From contig OZ241917.1 of NCBI GenBank assembly GCA_965203805.1, positions 896,001-960,000 on the forward strand: a DNA stretch of 64,000 bases, read 5' to 3'. The position numbers and the translations under genes were made by a program. This DNA is from Candidatus Latescibacterota bacterium. GTDB taxonomy: Bacteria; Latescibacterota; UBA2968; GCA-2709665. Positions 10,203 to 17,601 of the stretch are shown here, one piece after another. Under the pieces are notes generated by a model. The model was not told the origin of the DNA and did not search any database. It saw nothing but the letters and a program-made list of their open reading frames with translations. Numbering within the stretch: position 1 is the first letter of the stretch; each line of letters begins with the position of its first letter.

Positions 10203-10329
10203 CGACCCTCCGATCATGCGAACGGCGTTCTTAACTGCCTGCGATGGGTTGCCACGGAAACGACAATAAACCACTCAGGATTGACATAAATAACTGTCGC
10301 ACAATTTAATATAGAGCAATTCTCTTGCG

Positions 10330-10947
10330 TTACTCGATATGTCGGCGCACCTCGATTACCTTTCCCAGGATGGAAAAGGGTTCTCCTTCCTGGCTGGGGA
10401 TGATGGATTCGAAGGACTCGTTCTCCGGATGCAGCTCGATACGGCCGCTTCTGACCCGGTATCTCTTGACCGTCGCCTCCTCTCCCACCAGGGCGACGAC
10501 GATGTCACCCGGCCTGGCTGCCTGTTGCCGGCGGACAATCACGATATCTCCATGGAGGATGCCGGCCCTGAGCATGCTGTCCCCCTGGACCGTCAGGGCG
10601 AAGAGTTCCCCGCTCTCGTACCGGGTCTGCTGCACCGGAAGATAGTCTTCCGGATTCTGTATTGCCGCGGTGAGATCCCCGGCCTGGACCCGCCCCAGCA
10701 CGGGAATCAGGTGGGACGCATGCGCGCCGCCTATTTTGGGCAGGCGGTGGGACCTGGCCTTGCCGGAATCCTTGACCAGCCTGCCCTCCTGGACCAGCGC
10801 CTCCAGATGCTGGCGGGCCGACTGAACCGCGCGGAACCCGAACGCCATCTGGACCTCTCTCGTGCTGGGCGGGGTTCCGTTCAGGATCCGCTCCCTCACG
10901 AACTCATAGATCTTTTCGCGCGTCTGTCCGGGCGGCGTGTAGGCCAA
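10330..10947 (-). CDS. lexA: SOS transcriptional repressor LexA
   Basis: PPSTREV HTH, Ala-Gly cleavage site (RVQAG), catalytic GDSM Ser and ATVK Lys. Confidence 0.93.
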   Translation of the reverse strand: MAYTPPGQTREKIYEFVRERILNGTPPSTREVQMAFGFRAVQSARQHLEALVQEGRLVKDSGKARSHRLPKIGGAHASHLIPVLGRVQAGDLTAAIQNPEDYLPVQQTRYESGELFALTVQGDSMLRAGILHGDIVIVRRQQAARPGDIVVALVGEEATVKRYRVRSGRIELHPENESFESIIPSQEGEPFSILGKVIEVRRHIE

Positions 10948-11014
10948 GGTGCGCTCCTCGGTTCGATCTGCGACAAATCGCTGACGACCGGCTGGAACTC
11001 ACCGTAAAAAAAAC

Positions 11015-11036
11015 AGACAAATATCTGTCTTGTCAA
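11015..11036 (-). promoter_or_regulatory. lexA promoter -35 (TTGACA) with adjacent palindromic operator AGACA-N6-TGTCT
   Basis: Minus strand TTGACA immediately followed by AGACAGATATTTGTCT, about 70 nt upstream of lexA. Confidence 0.6.
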
Positions 11037-11183
11037 GAGAATTCGGGCAGAATTGACGTTCGGTAGGGAAATGAACATGCGCGGACCGACGGGATGAACT
11101 GGAATCAGTCTATTGGGGTGGTGTCTGGCTTGTTCATGTTTCCCAACCTTGCGCCGAAGTCAGGATGACCGTTAGATGGGAAT

Positions 11184-11570
11184 TCAATCGGAATGAGCAG
11201 ATGCGGGGCGTTCCGACGGTTCCGGCTGACGCGGCCGACGTCTTTCATTGGACTGAGTGGATAGTCTGACTTCGATACTGCAATCGATTCTGTCCTGGAG
11301 GATGTGGAGAATATGCGTGAGATTGTCCATTGTAGGATTACCCTTTAACGATAACATCCGATGGACACTCTTGCTTGGCTTGTTGAGCTTCTTCGCCAAT
11401 GATTCGAAGCCGATCGTTGAATTTACCAGGTCTCGAAGAACAAGCCGGGACGTCTCGGAATCGCCACCTAGAAATGACGAGATCGCCTCATTCATCAGAG
11501 ATGCGGCAAAATCAGGGTCTCTTTGCGCCCTTTCTCTAACGGTGTGCCTGTAATCACGCGTCAGCGCCAT
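11184..11570 (-). CDS. HTH transcriptional regulator / addiction-module antidote protein (orphan)
   Basis: MALTRDYRHTV...LRDLVNSTIGFESLAKKLNKPSKSVHRMLSLKGNPTMDNL pattern; GAGGAG RBS; lower GC. Confidence 0.8.
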   Translation of the reverse strand: MALTRDYRHTVRERAQRDPDFAASLMNEAISSFLGGDSETSRLVLRDLVNSTIGFESLAKKLNKPSKSVHRMLSLKGNPTMDNLTHILHILQDRIDCSIEVRLSTQSNERRRPRQPEPSERPASAHSD

Positions 11571-11712
11571 CTTCAGCTCCTCGATATGTATTCGTTAATT
11601 TACTGGCGGTATACGAAAAGAACTCCAGTTCGAACAGGACATCCAAGACGCCTTCGTCGCTAGCTGAGCGCCTCTGCTGCTTCAATTGCAATTGGGACTT
11701 TCCCGTCAAGCC

Positions 11713-11741
11713 TTGACCCAGGCACACGGATATTCTATCTT
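11713..11741 (+). promoter_or_regulatory. Sigma70-type promoter for the 2TM protein gene
   Basis: TTGACC-17 nt-TATCTT upstream of the GGAGG RBS of 11794. Confidence 0.5.
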
Positions 11742-11793
11742 ATACCTATGTCTCCAATAATGTCGGGTTCCAAAAGTGCAACGGAGGTAAAGC

Positions 11794-12360
11794 TTGGTCA
11801 GTAGACCGATCAGAAACGAGGCCTGGTATGAATTCGGTAACTCGGCAAGGTTGGTCCTTTATTTCGAGGCTATGGCAGCGCAATATCGTTCAAATCATAA
11901 TCGTTTTTCGCAGGTGATATTGGTTGGAAGCATAGCCAGCGCGCTGGTCGCCTTATTATTGGCGTTTTTAAATCTCGTGAATTCACCGGTTCTATCCCAT
12001 ACCAACGAAACGGTTCAAGAAGTAGCTCGAATTGTTGCAAGTGTCACGGTCGGAGTGGCAGCCATCTGGAGTCGTTGCTGCAATGATGTCCAAAAGGCAA
12101 TGGTGCTACGCACGATATGGGTAAAATGTAGTCATCTGTCCGATGAGTACAAGGACCTTTGGCTAGAAATCCAAACCCATAGAATCAGTGACGAATTGGC
12201 TTTGCGAAGACTAAAGGAATTGTCTACGGAAATAAAAAAAGCAACCGAAATTATCGGTTTATCAGATATTCCAGAAAATGAAAAGATAAATAGGGAGGTC
12301 ACCGTTGCCGCAGATACCTTATTCGTGCAACAATATGGCGGCATTTACCCACGGACCTAA
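11794..12360 (+). CDS. Two-TM hypothetical protein, SLATT-like topology
   Basis: 188 aa; N-terminal helix, two hydrophobic segments, helical C-tail; GGAGG RBS; low GC. Confidence 0.6.
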   Translation: MVSRPIRNEAWYEFGNSARLVLYFEAMAAQYRSNHNRFSQVILVGSIASALVALLLAFLNLVNSPVLSHTNETVQEVARIVASVTVGVAAIWSRCCNDVQKAMVLRTIWVKCSHLSDEYKDLWLEIQTHRISDELALRRLKELSTEIKKATEIIGLSDIPENEKINREVTVAADTLFVQQYGGIYPRT

Positions 12361-12374
12361 GAAACGGAGGCATT

Positions 12375-12542
12375 GTGAACAATCAAGTTTCAGAAGAGAC
12401 GGTAAAGGATCTGTCATATACGCGAATGACAGTGCATCCGGTAAGGCCGAAAAATATCACTCCACCGGAACCACCACCCCAACCTGAGGAATCCAGCCCA
12501 CCTGAGGCCGGGGCCTCGAATCAGGATGGTGAAACAGAGTAA
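12375..12542 (+). CDS. Small Pro/Glu-rich protein (55 aa), not in the ORF track
   Basis: GGAGG RBS then GTG; MNNQVSEETVKDLSYTRMTVHPVRPKNITPPEPPPQPEESSPPEAGASNQDGETE; starts 14 nt after the preceding stop. Confidence 0.5.
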   Translation: MNNQVSEETVKDLSYTRMTVHPVRPKNITPPEPPPQPEESSPPEAGASNQDGETE

Positions 12543-12637
12543 AATTGGAATCGGCTTAGAAAAATCGGGGCTTGTCAGCTGAAGCGACAAGCCTTTTTTG
12601 CTGCATGCAAATTTCGCTGAGAATCACGTGTGAAGAT

Positions 12638-12837
12638 GGGGCAGACATTCCTGTCTGCCCTTCTCATCGGCCTTCTGCCGCAATCGAGGCACAAGGAAGG
12701 ATTGCGCCGCGTTTATCGTGTAGGGTGCGACCGTCCGGTCGCCCTTCCACACATTGAGGATCAATTATCTCGTCCTCGACACAGAATTCCGGAACGTTGT
12801 TTTCACGTACGCGAGCAGACAAGAATGTCTACTCCAC
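12638..12837. repeat. REP-like palindrome cluster (inverted pair enclosing a GTAG-type REP)
   Basis: GGGGCAGACATTCCTGTCTGCCC (12638-12660), inverted degenerate copy GCAGACAAGAATGTCTACTCCAC (12815-12837), and GTAGGGTGCGACCGTCCGGTCGCCCT (12720-12745). Confidence 0.65.
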
Positions 12838-13006
12838 CGTCCATTGGTCCTTGGCGCCCCGTCTGGATCCGTGTGCCACTGATAAAGTATGTACTTGCTC
12901 CACCCTCTCGAGCTTCTGTGCGTGGAATCGCTCGAATACAACGATAGACGCTCCGTGTTTCGCTTCCTCGGGTGAATCTTGCGCGCCTACCGGTGATTCG
13001 TTTCGT

Positions 13007-14038
13007 TCAAGGTGTTTTCTCGGGCTCAGTGGAAGTGTCCCCGGCTGCAGAGGGCTTCTCGGAGGCGTCCCCCTTATCTTCTGTTGCCGATTGTTCGGTT
13101 ATGGCGCCCTTTTTCACAGGGTCTGACCGCGGGGCAGACGATTGAGTGAGCTTTTCCTTCAGCGCCGACCAGAGTCCCGACAGGCCCCGCTGTGGTCGTG
13201 ACGGCTTCGTCTCTCCGTCGGCATCGGGTTCTTCTTCGCTGTTATCTTCCGGAATCGTCTCTTCGTCGCAGTCGGCCTCCGGGGCGTAAAGCAATACGGT
13301 CGTATTGTCCTGATGAGGCCGTCCCGCCGCTTCCACCGCACTGATAAGCGCGCCGGCGACGTCGTCGAGCGGCACGTCCTTGCGATCGTCCACAATGCGC
13401 GCAATTTCCTCCTCTTCCAGCGTGAACAGTCCGTCGCTCGCCAGGACCACAAGATCGCTCTTCCGCACCGCGACCGGTTGGGACGAAGTGTCCACCAGGT
13501 GGACCTCATCGCCCATCAGCGCGGACCTCAGCGCGTGGCGATTGGAATCCGTCGCCGCCTGCTCCTCGGTCATGCGCCCGGTTGCCACCAGGCTGGCGAG
13601 AACCGGCGCCATCGAGTGGTCCGCATTCAGGCGGCGCAACCGGCCCTCGCGGAACAGCCAGAGTGGGGAATCCCCCACGCTGATCCAGTCGAGCCCATCC
13701 GTCGAGACAACCGCCGCGACCACGGTGGACCCCATGCCCTTCAGTTCGGGACGCTCGTCCACCGCCTCTGCAAGCGCGTCGTTCGCGGCAGTCAGGCACG
13801 CGCGCAGGCGGTCCGTGACCGGCCCGTCCGTTCGGGGATAGGTCTCGACAAACGTCTTGACCACGAGGCTGCTCGCCGTGTCGCCGCTGACGTGCCCACC
13901 CATCCCGTCGGCGAGCAGCAACGCCTCTCCATCGTCCGTGTCGGCTTCCCCGCGCTCGATCAGCCCGAAATCATCCTCCTGGTACTCCCGTCCCCCGGGA
14001 ATCTGCCGGGCGGCAAATCTGCCTTCCAATCGACTCAT
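13007..14038 (-). CDS. PP2C/PPM-family Ser/Thr protein phosphatase with acidic disordered tail
   Basis: REYQED, LADGMGGH, SVGDS, DHS, LASDGL and DNTT motifs. Confidence 0.93.
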   Translation of the reverse strand: MSRLEGRFAARQIPGGREYQEDDFGLIERGEADTDDGEALLLADGMGGHVSGDTASSLVVKTFVETYPRTDGPVTDRLRACLTAANDALAEAVDERPELKGMGSTVVAAVVSTDGLDWISVGDSPLWLFREGRLRRLNADHSMAPVLASLVATGRMTEEQAATDSNRHALRSALMGDEVHLVDTSSQPVAVRKSDLVVLASDGLFTLEEEEIARIVDDRKDVPLDDVAGALISAVEAAGRPHQDNTTVLLYAPEADCDEETIPEDNSEEEPDADGETKPSRPQRGLSGLWSALKEKLTQSSAPRSDPVKKGAITEQSATEDKGDASEKPSAAGDTSTEPEKTP

Positions 14039-14056
14039 GGCCATTCTCCAACACGA

Positions 14057-15196
14057 CTATCTGATCGTCCGGGCAACGCGAAAACCGTCACTGCTGCCCC
14101 GGTCTCGGGAAGTGTTCCCGTAACGATCCGCCGAACGCAGGCCCCACGGTATGTTATCCCACGAGCCGCCGCGCAACACGCGCTTCGCACAGTCACCGCT
14201 CTCCCATGCCGAACCGCCCGCTGGCGCGCCACCGTAACTGTCATTCCAGCAGTCCTCCACCCACTCCCATACGTTCCCGTGAACGTCATACAGCCCCCAC
14301 GCGTTCGCGCTGAACGCGCCTACAGGCGTCGTTTTCTCAGCATCCCACCGGCTGCCGCAGCCATCGCAATTCGCACGGTTGCGGCCAATCTCATTTCCCC
14401 AGTGATACCTCGATGTCGTACCAGCACGGCCCACATACTCCCACTCCGATTCGCTCAACAAGCGATACCTCTGGCCCGTCCGTTCGGACAACCAGCGCAC
14501 ATACAACTGCGCATCCTCCCAACTCACGTTGATCACCGGGCGATTCCCGCGACCCCAGCCCTCATCTTCAGGGACATATCCACCGCAGCCGTCGGCATTC
14601 GCGCACGCGTCCCACTCGGCAAACGTCACTTCATACATGCCTACAGCGAAACGGTAATCAATCGTCACCCGGTGACGCGGGCGCTCATCAGCAGCACCTT
14701 CCCCACTGCGAGATCCCATCATGAACGAACCCGACGGTACCGCCACCATCCGGGGGCACTCCAAACAATCCCTGAATGTCACACCGACTCTCAACTCTTT
14801 CTCACGCAGTCGCCTCGCCTCGCGCGCCGCAGACAGACGATTTTTCGATGCCATTAACTCGGCATAAGGTACATTGACGGCCCCCAATGAATCCACGTAT
14901 CCTGCGGCCCTATCGAAGTCGCTACGATCCAGGGCTTCCTCAAAATTCGTCCTATATCGAGCAATTGAGCCTTGACGATGACGCTCCGCCTCTTCGGCCG
15001 CCAGCCTCGCCCCTTCCGACTCACGTGCGGCGGATAATCGATGGACCAGCGCTGACAACTCGGAATCAGACGAATTGGCAGCGCGAAGCGAATCGACATA
15101 CCTGCCCGCCGTGTCGAATTCCTTCCGACCCAGCGTTTCCGAAAATTTCCGCTCATATTTAAGTTTATGTATACTCTTACGTTTACATATACTCAA
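14057..15196 (-). CDS. FGE-sulfatase (SUMF1/CLec-fold) domain protein, probably 5'-truncated
   Basis: FRDCLECPRMV, YEVTFAEW, RPVINVSW, RLLSESEWEY, NAWGLYDVHGNVWEW, RGGSW, GFRVAR; two ~67-aa helical repeats upstream; no credible start or RBS. Confidence 0.85.
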   Translation of the reverse strand: MSICKRKSIHKLKYERKFSETLGRKEFDTAGRYVDSLRAANSSDSELSALVHRLSAARESEGARLAAEEAERHRQGSIARYRTNFEEALDRSDFDRAAGYVDSLGAVNVPYAELMASKNRLSAAREARRLREKELRVGVTFRDCLECPRMVAVPSGSFMMGSRSGEGAADERPRHRVTIDYRFAVGMYEVTFAEWDACANADGCGGYVPEDEGWGRGNRPVINVSWEDAQLYVRWLSERTGQRYRLLSESEWEYVGRAGTTSRYHWGNEIGRNRANCDGCGSRWDAEKTTPVGAFSANAWGLYDVHGNVWEWVEDCWNDSYGGAPAGGSAWESGDCAKRVLRGGSWDNIPWGLRSADRYGNTSRDRGSSDGFRVARTIR

Positions 15197-15319
15197 ATAC
15201 GGGATTTCATCGACTCTTCCCGGCGCTGAGATCGAATCGATGGCGCAGGTTAACTGCAGATCATCACGGCCGTCCGAACCAGATACGTGTCTGGATGACG
15301 ATGGTATCGGAGACGGAAG

Positions 15320-15353
15320 AAAAAACGGGGCTACGCCAACTGACTAGCCCCGT
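15320..15353 (-). terminator. Intrinsic terminator
   Basis: ACGGGGCTA...TAGCCCCGT stem with a T run on the minus strand. Confidence 0.7.
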
Positions 15354-15362
15354 GAGTCCGGA

Positions 15363-15397
15363 TGGTCGAGCCGTACGGTTTCGAACGCGGCACCTGC
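15363..15397 (-). other. Degenerate tRNA 3'-end-like remnant
   Basis: Minus strand ...GTTCGAAACCGTACGGCTCGACCA (T-loop plus CCA); 19 of the last 24 nt match the tRNA-Pro(CGG) 3' end; no D or anticodon arm. Confidence 0.45.
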
Positions 15398-15438
15398 GCA
15401 TCTGTCAACACACCGACCCCGGTACGGATCGCCAACCC

Positions 15439-17304
15439 CTATTCAAAGGTCCACGTCCCAAAGTTCTCGAACTCCACGCCCCGGTTGTAACGGGTCTCCG
15501 TCCAGGTGCTGAACTCGAGCACCCGGGTCGTCTGGCGGCGGTGCGTCCACCGGTGCAGGTTGCCCTGGAGCCGGTCGCCCGGCTTCGGCGTCGCCATGCC
15601 CAGCGCCGCCCACGGAATGGCGATTTCAGCCGACCACGAATCCGCCTGCTTCCGGGCAGCGGTCAGATACTCCCCTTTCCAGGTGGAATCCCGTCCGTAG
15701 ATCTCCCTACCGGTGGCGATATCGCTTCCGTGTTCCTTTTGCCCGGTCTCCGTCCGCGAGTCCCAGCGCGCGTTCGCCAGGTCCAGCCGAATGTGGTAGT
15801 AGGCCGTCGGCGCCTCGTACGCGGCTATGACCACCTCCACCTGATCGGCCCGGCCTCCGAGTTCGGTGAACAGCGTGGGATGGGTGTGTTGCATTTCCGG
15901 TTCGTCACAGCGGAATCCGATGTACAGCGTCCCATCGTCAAAGGTCAAAAACGCTTCAGTAACGGTTTCCAACTCCCTCGCGCGCGCCGCGACGTAATTG
16001 ACGAAGGCTCCCGTCGTCGCCGCCCGTTTCCACGCCTCGTCCGACAGATCCCCGTCGATGTCCGGCGGGGCGGCGCGCAGGCGCGGGATGTGCAGCATCT
16101 TCGGTTGAATCGGCCGTTTCTCGGCGTTTGTCTTTCCCAGGTGGCCTTTCCGGACAATCTCATCCACGTCGAATCCCAGCGGCCTGCCCTGCGCGACCTT
16201 CTCCTTTGCGGACCTGAGGGCGCCATCCAGAAAGCCTGGCAGGTTCCGCCCGTTCCACCAGTCCATGCGCTCGCTGTAGAACCACACGTACCGGTCGCTG
16301 CTTGTGAGCGCCCAGTAGGCATTGTATTCCACCCATCGCGCCCGTTCTTCGGGCGTGACGTAGGTCGCTTCCGTATGGTTCTCCATGGTTCCGCACAGGT
16401 AGTCGGCAAAAACGGCGTGCCCGGCCTGGACCTGACGGCGGTACTTGGCGCGAAGGAACCGTGGAATCAGCGTCTGCCCCGTCTGCCGGATGCGGTGGTA
16501 CGCCCGGAAATAGTGCGACTCGCGGTTGTAGTAATAGGATTGCTCGTCTCCGTCCACAAAAACGGTTCCGGAATCGGCGGCCTCGAGCATCCCGTTCATG
16601 AACGCGGGAAGGAGGCCGTAGTAATCCGACTTGAGAATGGCTTCCCGCCTGGAAGGGTCGGTCTCCCGCGCGGCCTCCTGGAAACGAGGCATTGAAGTCC
16701 AGAAGAGGGTGAGAATCACCGGATCGGGAAGTTCCTCTTCGATACGTTCCATATACTGCGCGCCCCGTTTCCGAACAATCTGCTCGTACTCGGCAAAGCT
16801 CCTCATCCCCCTGTGCTTCTGCCACTCGTACTTCCACGCGGAATACGGCCGGCCCCAGTAGACGAATTCCGGATCGAAAGCGAGTCCCACGCAGCCGCCC
16901 ACCCGCGCGGCCTTCGCGCACCAGCCGATATTGCGCAGGAAGGGGCTGTTTTCACCCCACAGCGCATCGTCGAACCAGTCCACGTTGTCGTCGCAGTGGA
17001 AGTAGATGAAGTTGTCGGTGAACGTCCGCCACTCGATTCTCCCCATCGCTTCGATCTCCGCCTCGGCGGCCGTATCCGGGAGATCCACCATGTAGAACGT
17101 ATGGCCGAAGGTGGGGCGGATGATGATGCCGTCGAAGGGGCGCTTCTCCATATCCCGGATATGCTCCGCAACGTAGGCAGGCGACTTCAGATCCCATCCC
17201 AGCTTGATCAGCTTCTTGGGAACCGCCCCGCCGCATGCCTTCTGCGGCCGGCCGACCAGCAGCACGAAAACCAGCGAGCATACGATCGCGACCAACTGTA
17301 TCAT
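15439..17304 (-). CDS. Secreted hypothetical protein with C-terminal CBM9-like sugar-binding domain
   Basis: Signal peptide MIQLVAIVCSLVFVLLVG; C-terminal PPDIDGDLSDEAW...LYIGFRC...WSAEIAIPW pattern; N-terminal domain with MEKRPFDGII. Confidence 0.75.
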   Translation of the reverse strand: MIQLVAIVCSLVFVLLVGRPQKACGGAVPKKLIKLGWDLKSPAYVAEHIRDMEKRPFDGIIIRPTFGHTFYMVDLPDTAAEAEIEAMGRIEWRTFTDNFIYFHCDDNVDWFDDALWGENSPFLRNIGWCAKAARVGGCVGLAFDPEFVYWGRPYSAWKYEWQKHRGMRSFAEYEQIVRKRGAQYMERIEEELPDPVILTLFWTSMPRFQEAARETDPSRREAILKSDYYGLLPAFMNGMLEAADSGTVFVDGDEQSYYYNRESHYFRAYHRIRQTGQTLIPRFLRAKYRRQVQAGHAVFADYLCGTMENHTEATYVTPEERARWVEYNAYWALTSSDRYVWFYSERMDWWNGRNLPGFLDGALRSAKEKVAQGRPLGFDVDEIVRKGHLGKTNAEKRPIQPKMLHIPRLRAAPPDIDGDLSDEAWKRAATTGAFVNYVAARARELETVTEAFLTFDDGTLYIGFRCDEPEMQHTHPTLFTELGGRADQVEVVIAAYEAPTAYYHIRLDLANARWDSRTETGQKEHGSDIATGREIYGRDSTWKGEYLTAARKQADSWSAEIAIPWAALGMATPKPGDRLQGNLHRWTHRRQTTRVLEFSTWTETRYNRGVEFENFGTWTFE

Positions 17305-17346
17305 TTCGGGACCCCTTGTCTGCCCGATCAAAGGAAGACTCTCAAA

Positions 17347-17386
17347 AAACAAGGGTTTACGTCGGATTGACATAAACCCTTGTTTC
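17347..17386 (-). terminator. Terminator after tRNA-Pro(CGG)
   Basis: AAACAAGGGTTTA...TAAACCCTTGTTT inverted repeat just 3' of the CCA. Confidence 0.7.
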
Positions 17387-17392
17387 AAAAAA

Positions 17393-17469
17393 TGGTCGGG
17401 GCGCCCGGATTCGAACCGGGGGCCTCCTGCTCCCGAAGCAGGCGCTCTACCGGACTGAGCCACGCCCCG
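17393..17469 (-). tRNA. tRNA-Pro (anticodon CGG)
   Basis: CGGGGCGTGGCTCAGTCCGGTAGAGCGCCTGCTTCGGGAGCAGGAGGCCCCCGGTTCGAATCCGGGCGCCCCGACCA; full cloverleaf with encoded CCA. Confidence 0.97.
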
Positions 17470-17601
17470 TATTCAACACTAAAAATACAAGAATCCGTTC
17501 TGGCAGCAAGGAAATTCTCCAATTCGACTCTCACGGACAGGGGACCGGAAAATGAACACGTCTTCGCCATGGACGCAGCCAAAGCGGTTTGCCCCTTCAA
17601 T

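Noticed and set aside
14057-14190. Complete diversity-generating retroelement
   Set aside because: No reverse transcriptase, Avd or template repeat found in the window; the short resemblance at 62161 (CGGGCAACCGCGAAAA) does not extend
14057-14800. True formylglycine-generating enzyme for the sulfatase at 38114
   Set aside because: The catalytic cysteines after RGGS are absent, so this looks like a non-catalytic CLec-fold domain
15157-15184. dif (XerCD) site
   Set aside because: Only a partial XerD-like arm (ATTTAAGTTTA) around TGTATA; the XerC arm does not match
17305-17463. N-terminal extension of the 674-aa ORF in the track
   Set aside because: It runs through tRNA-Pro and its terminator; the real start is more likely the signal peptide at 17304
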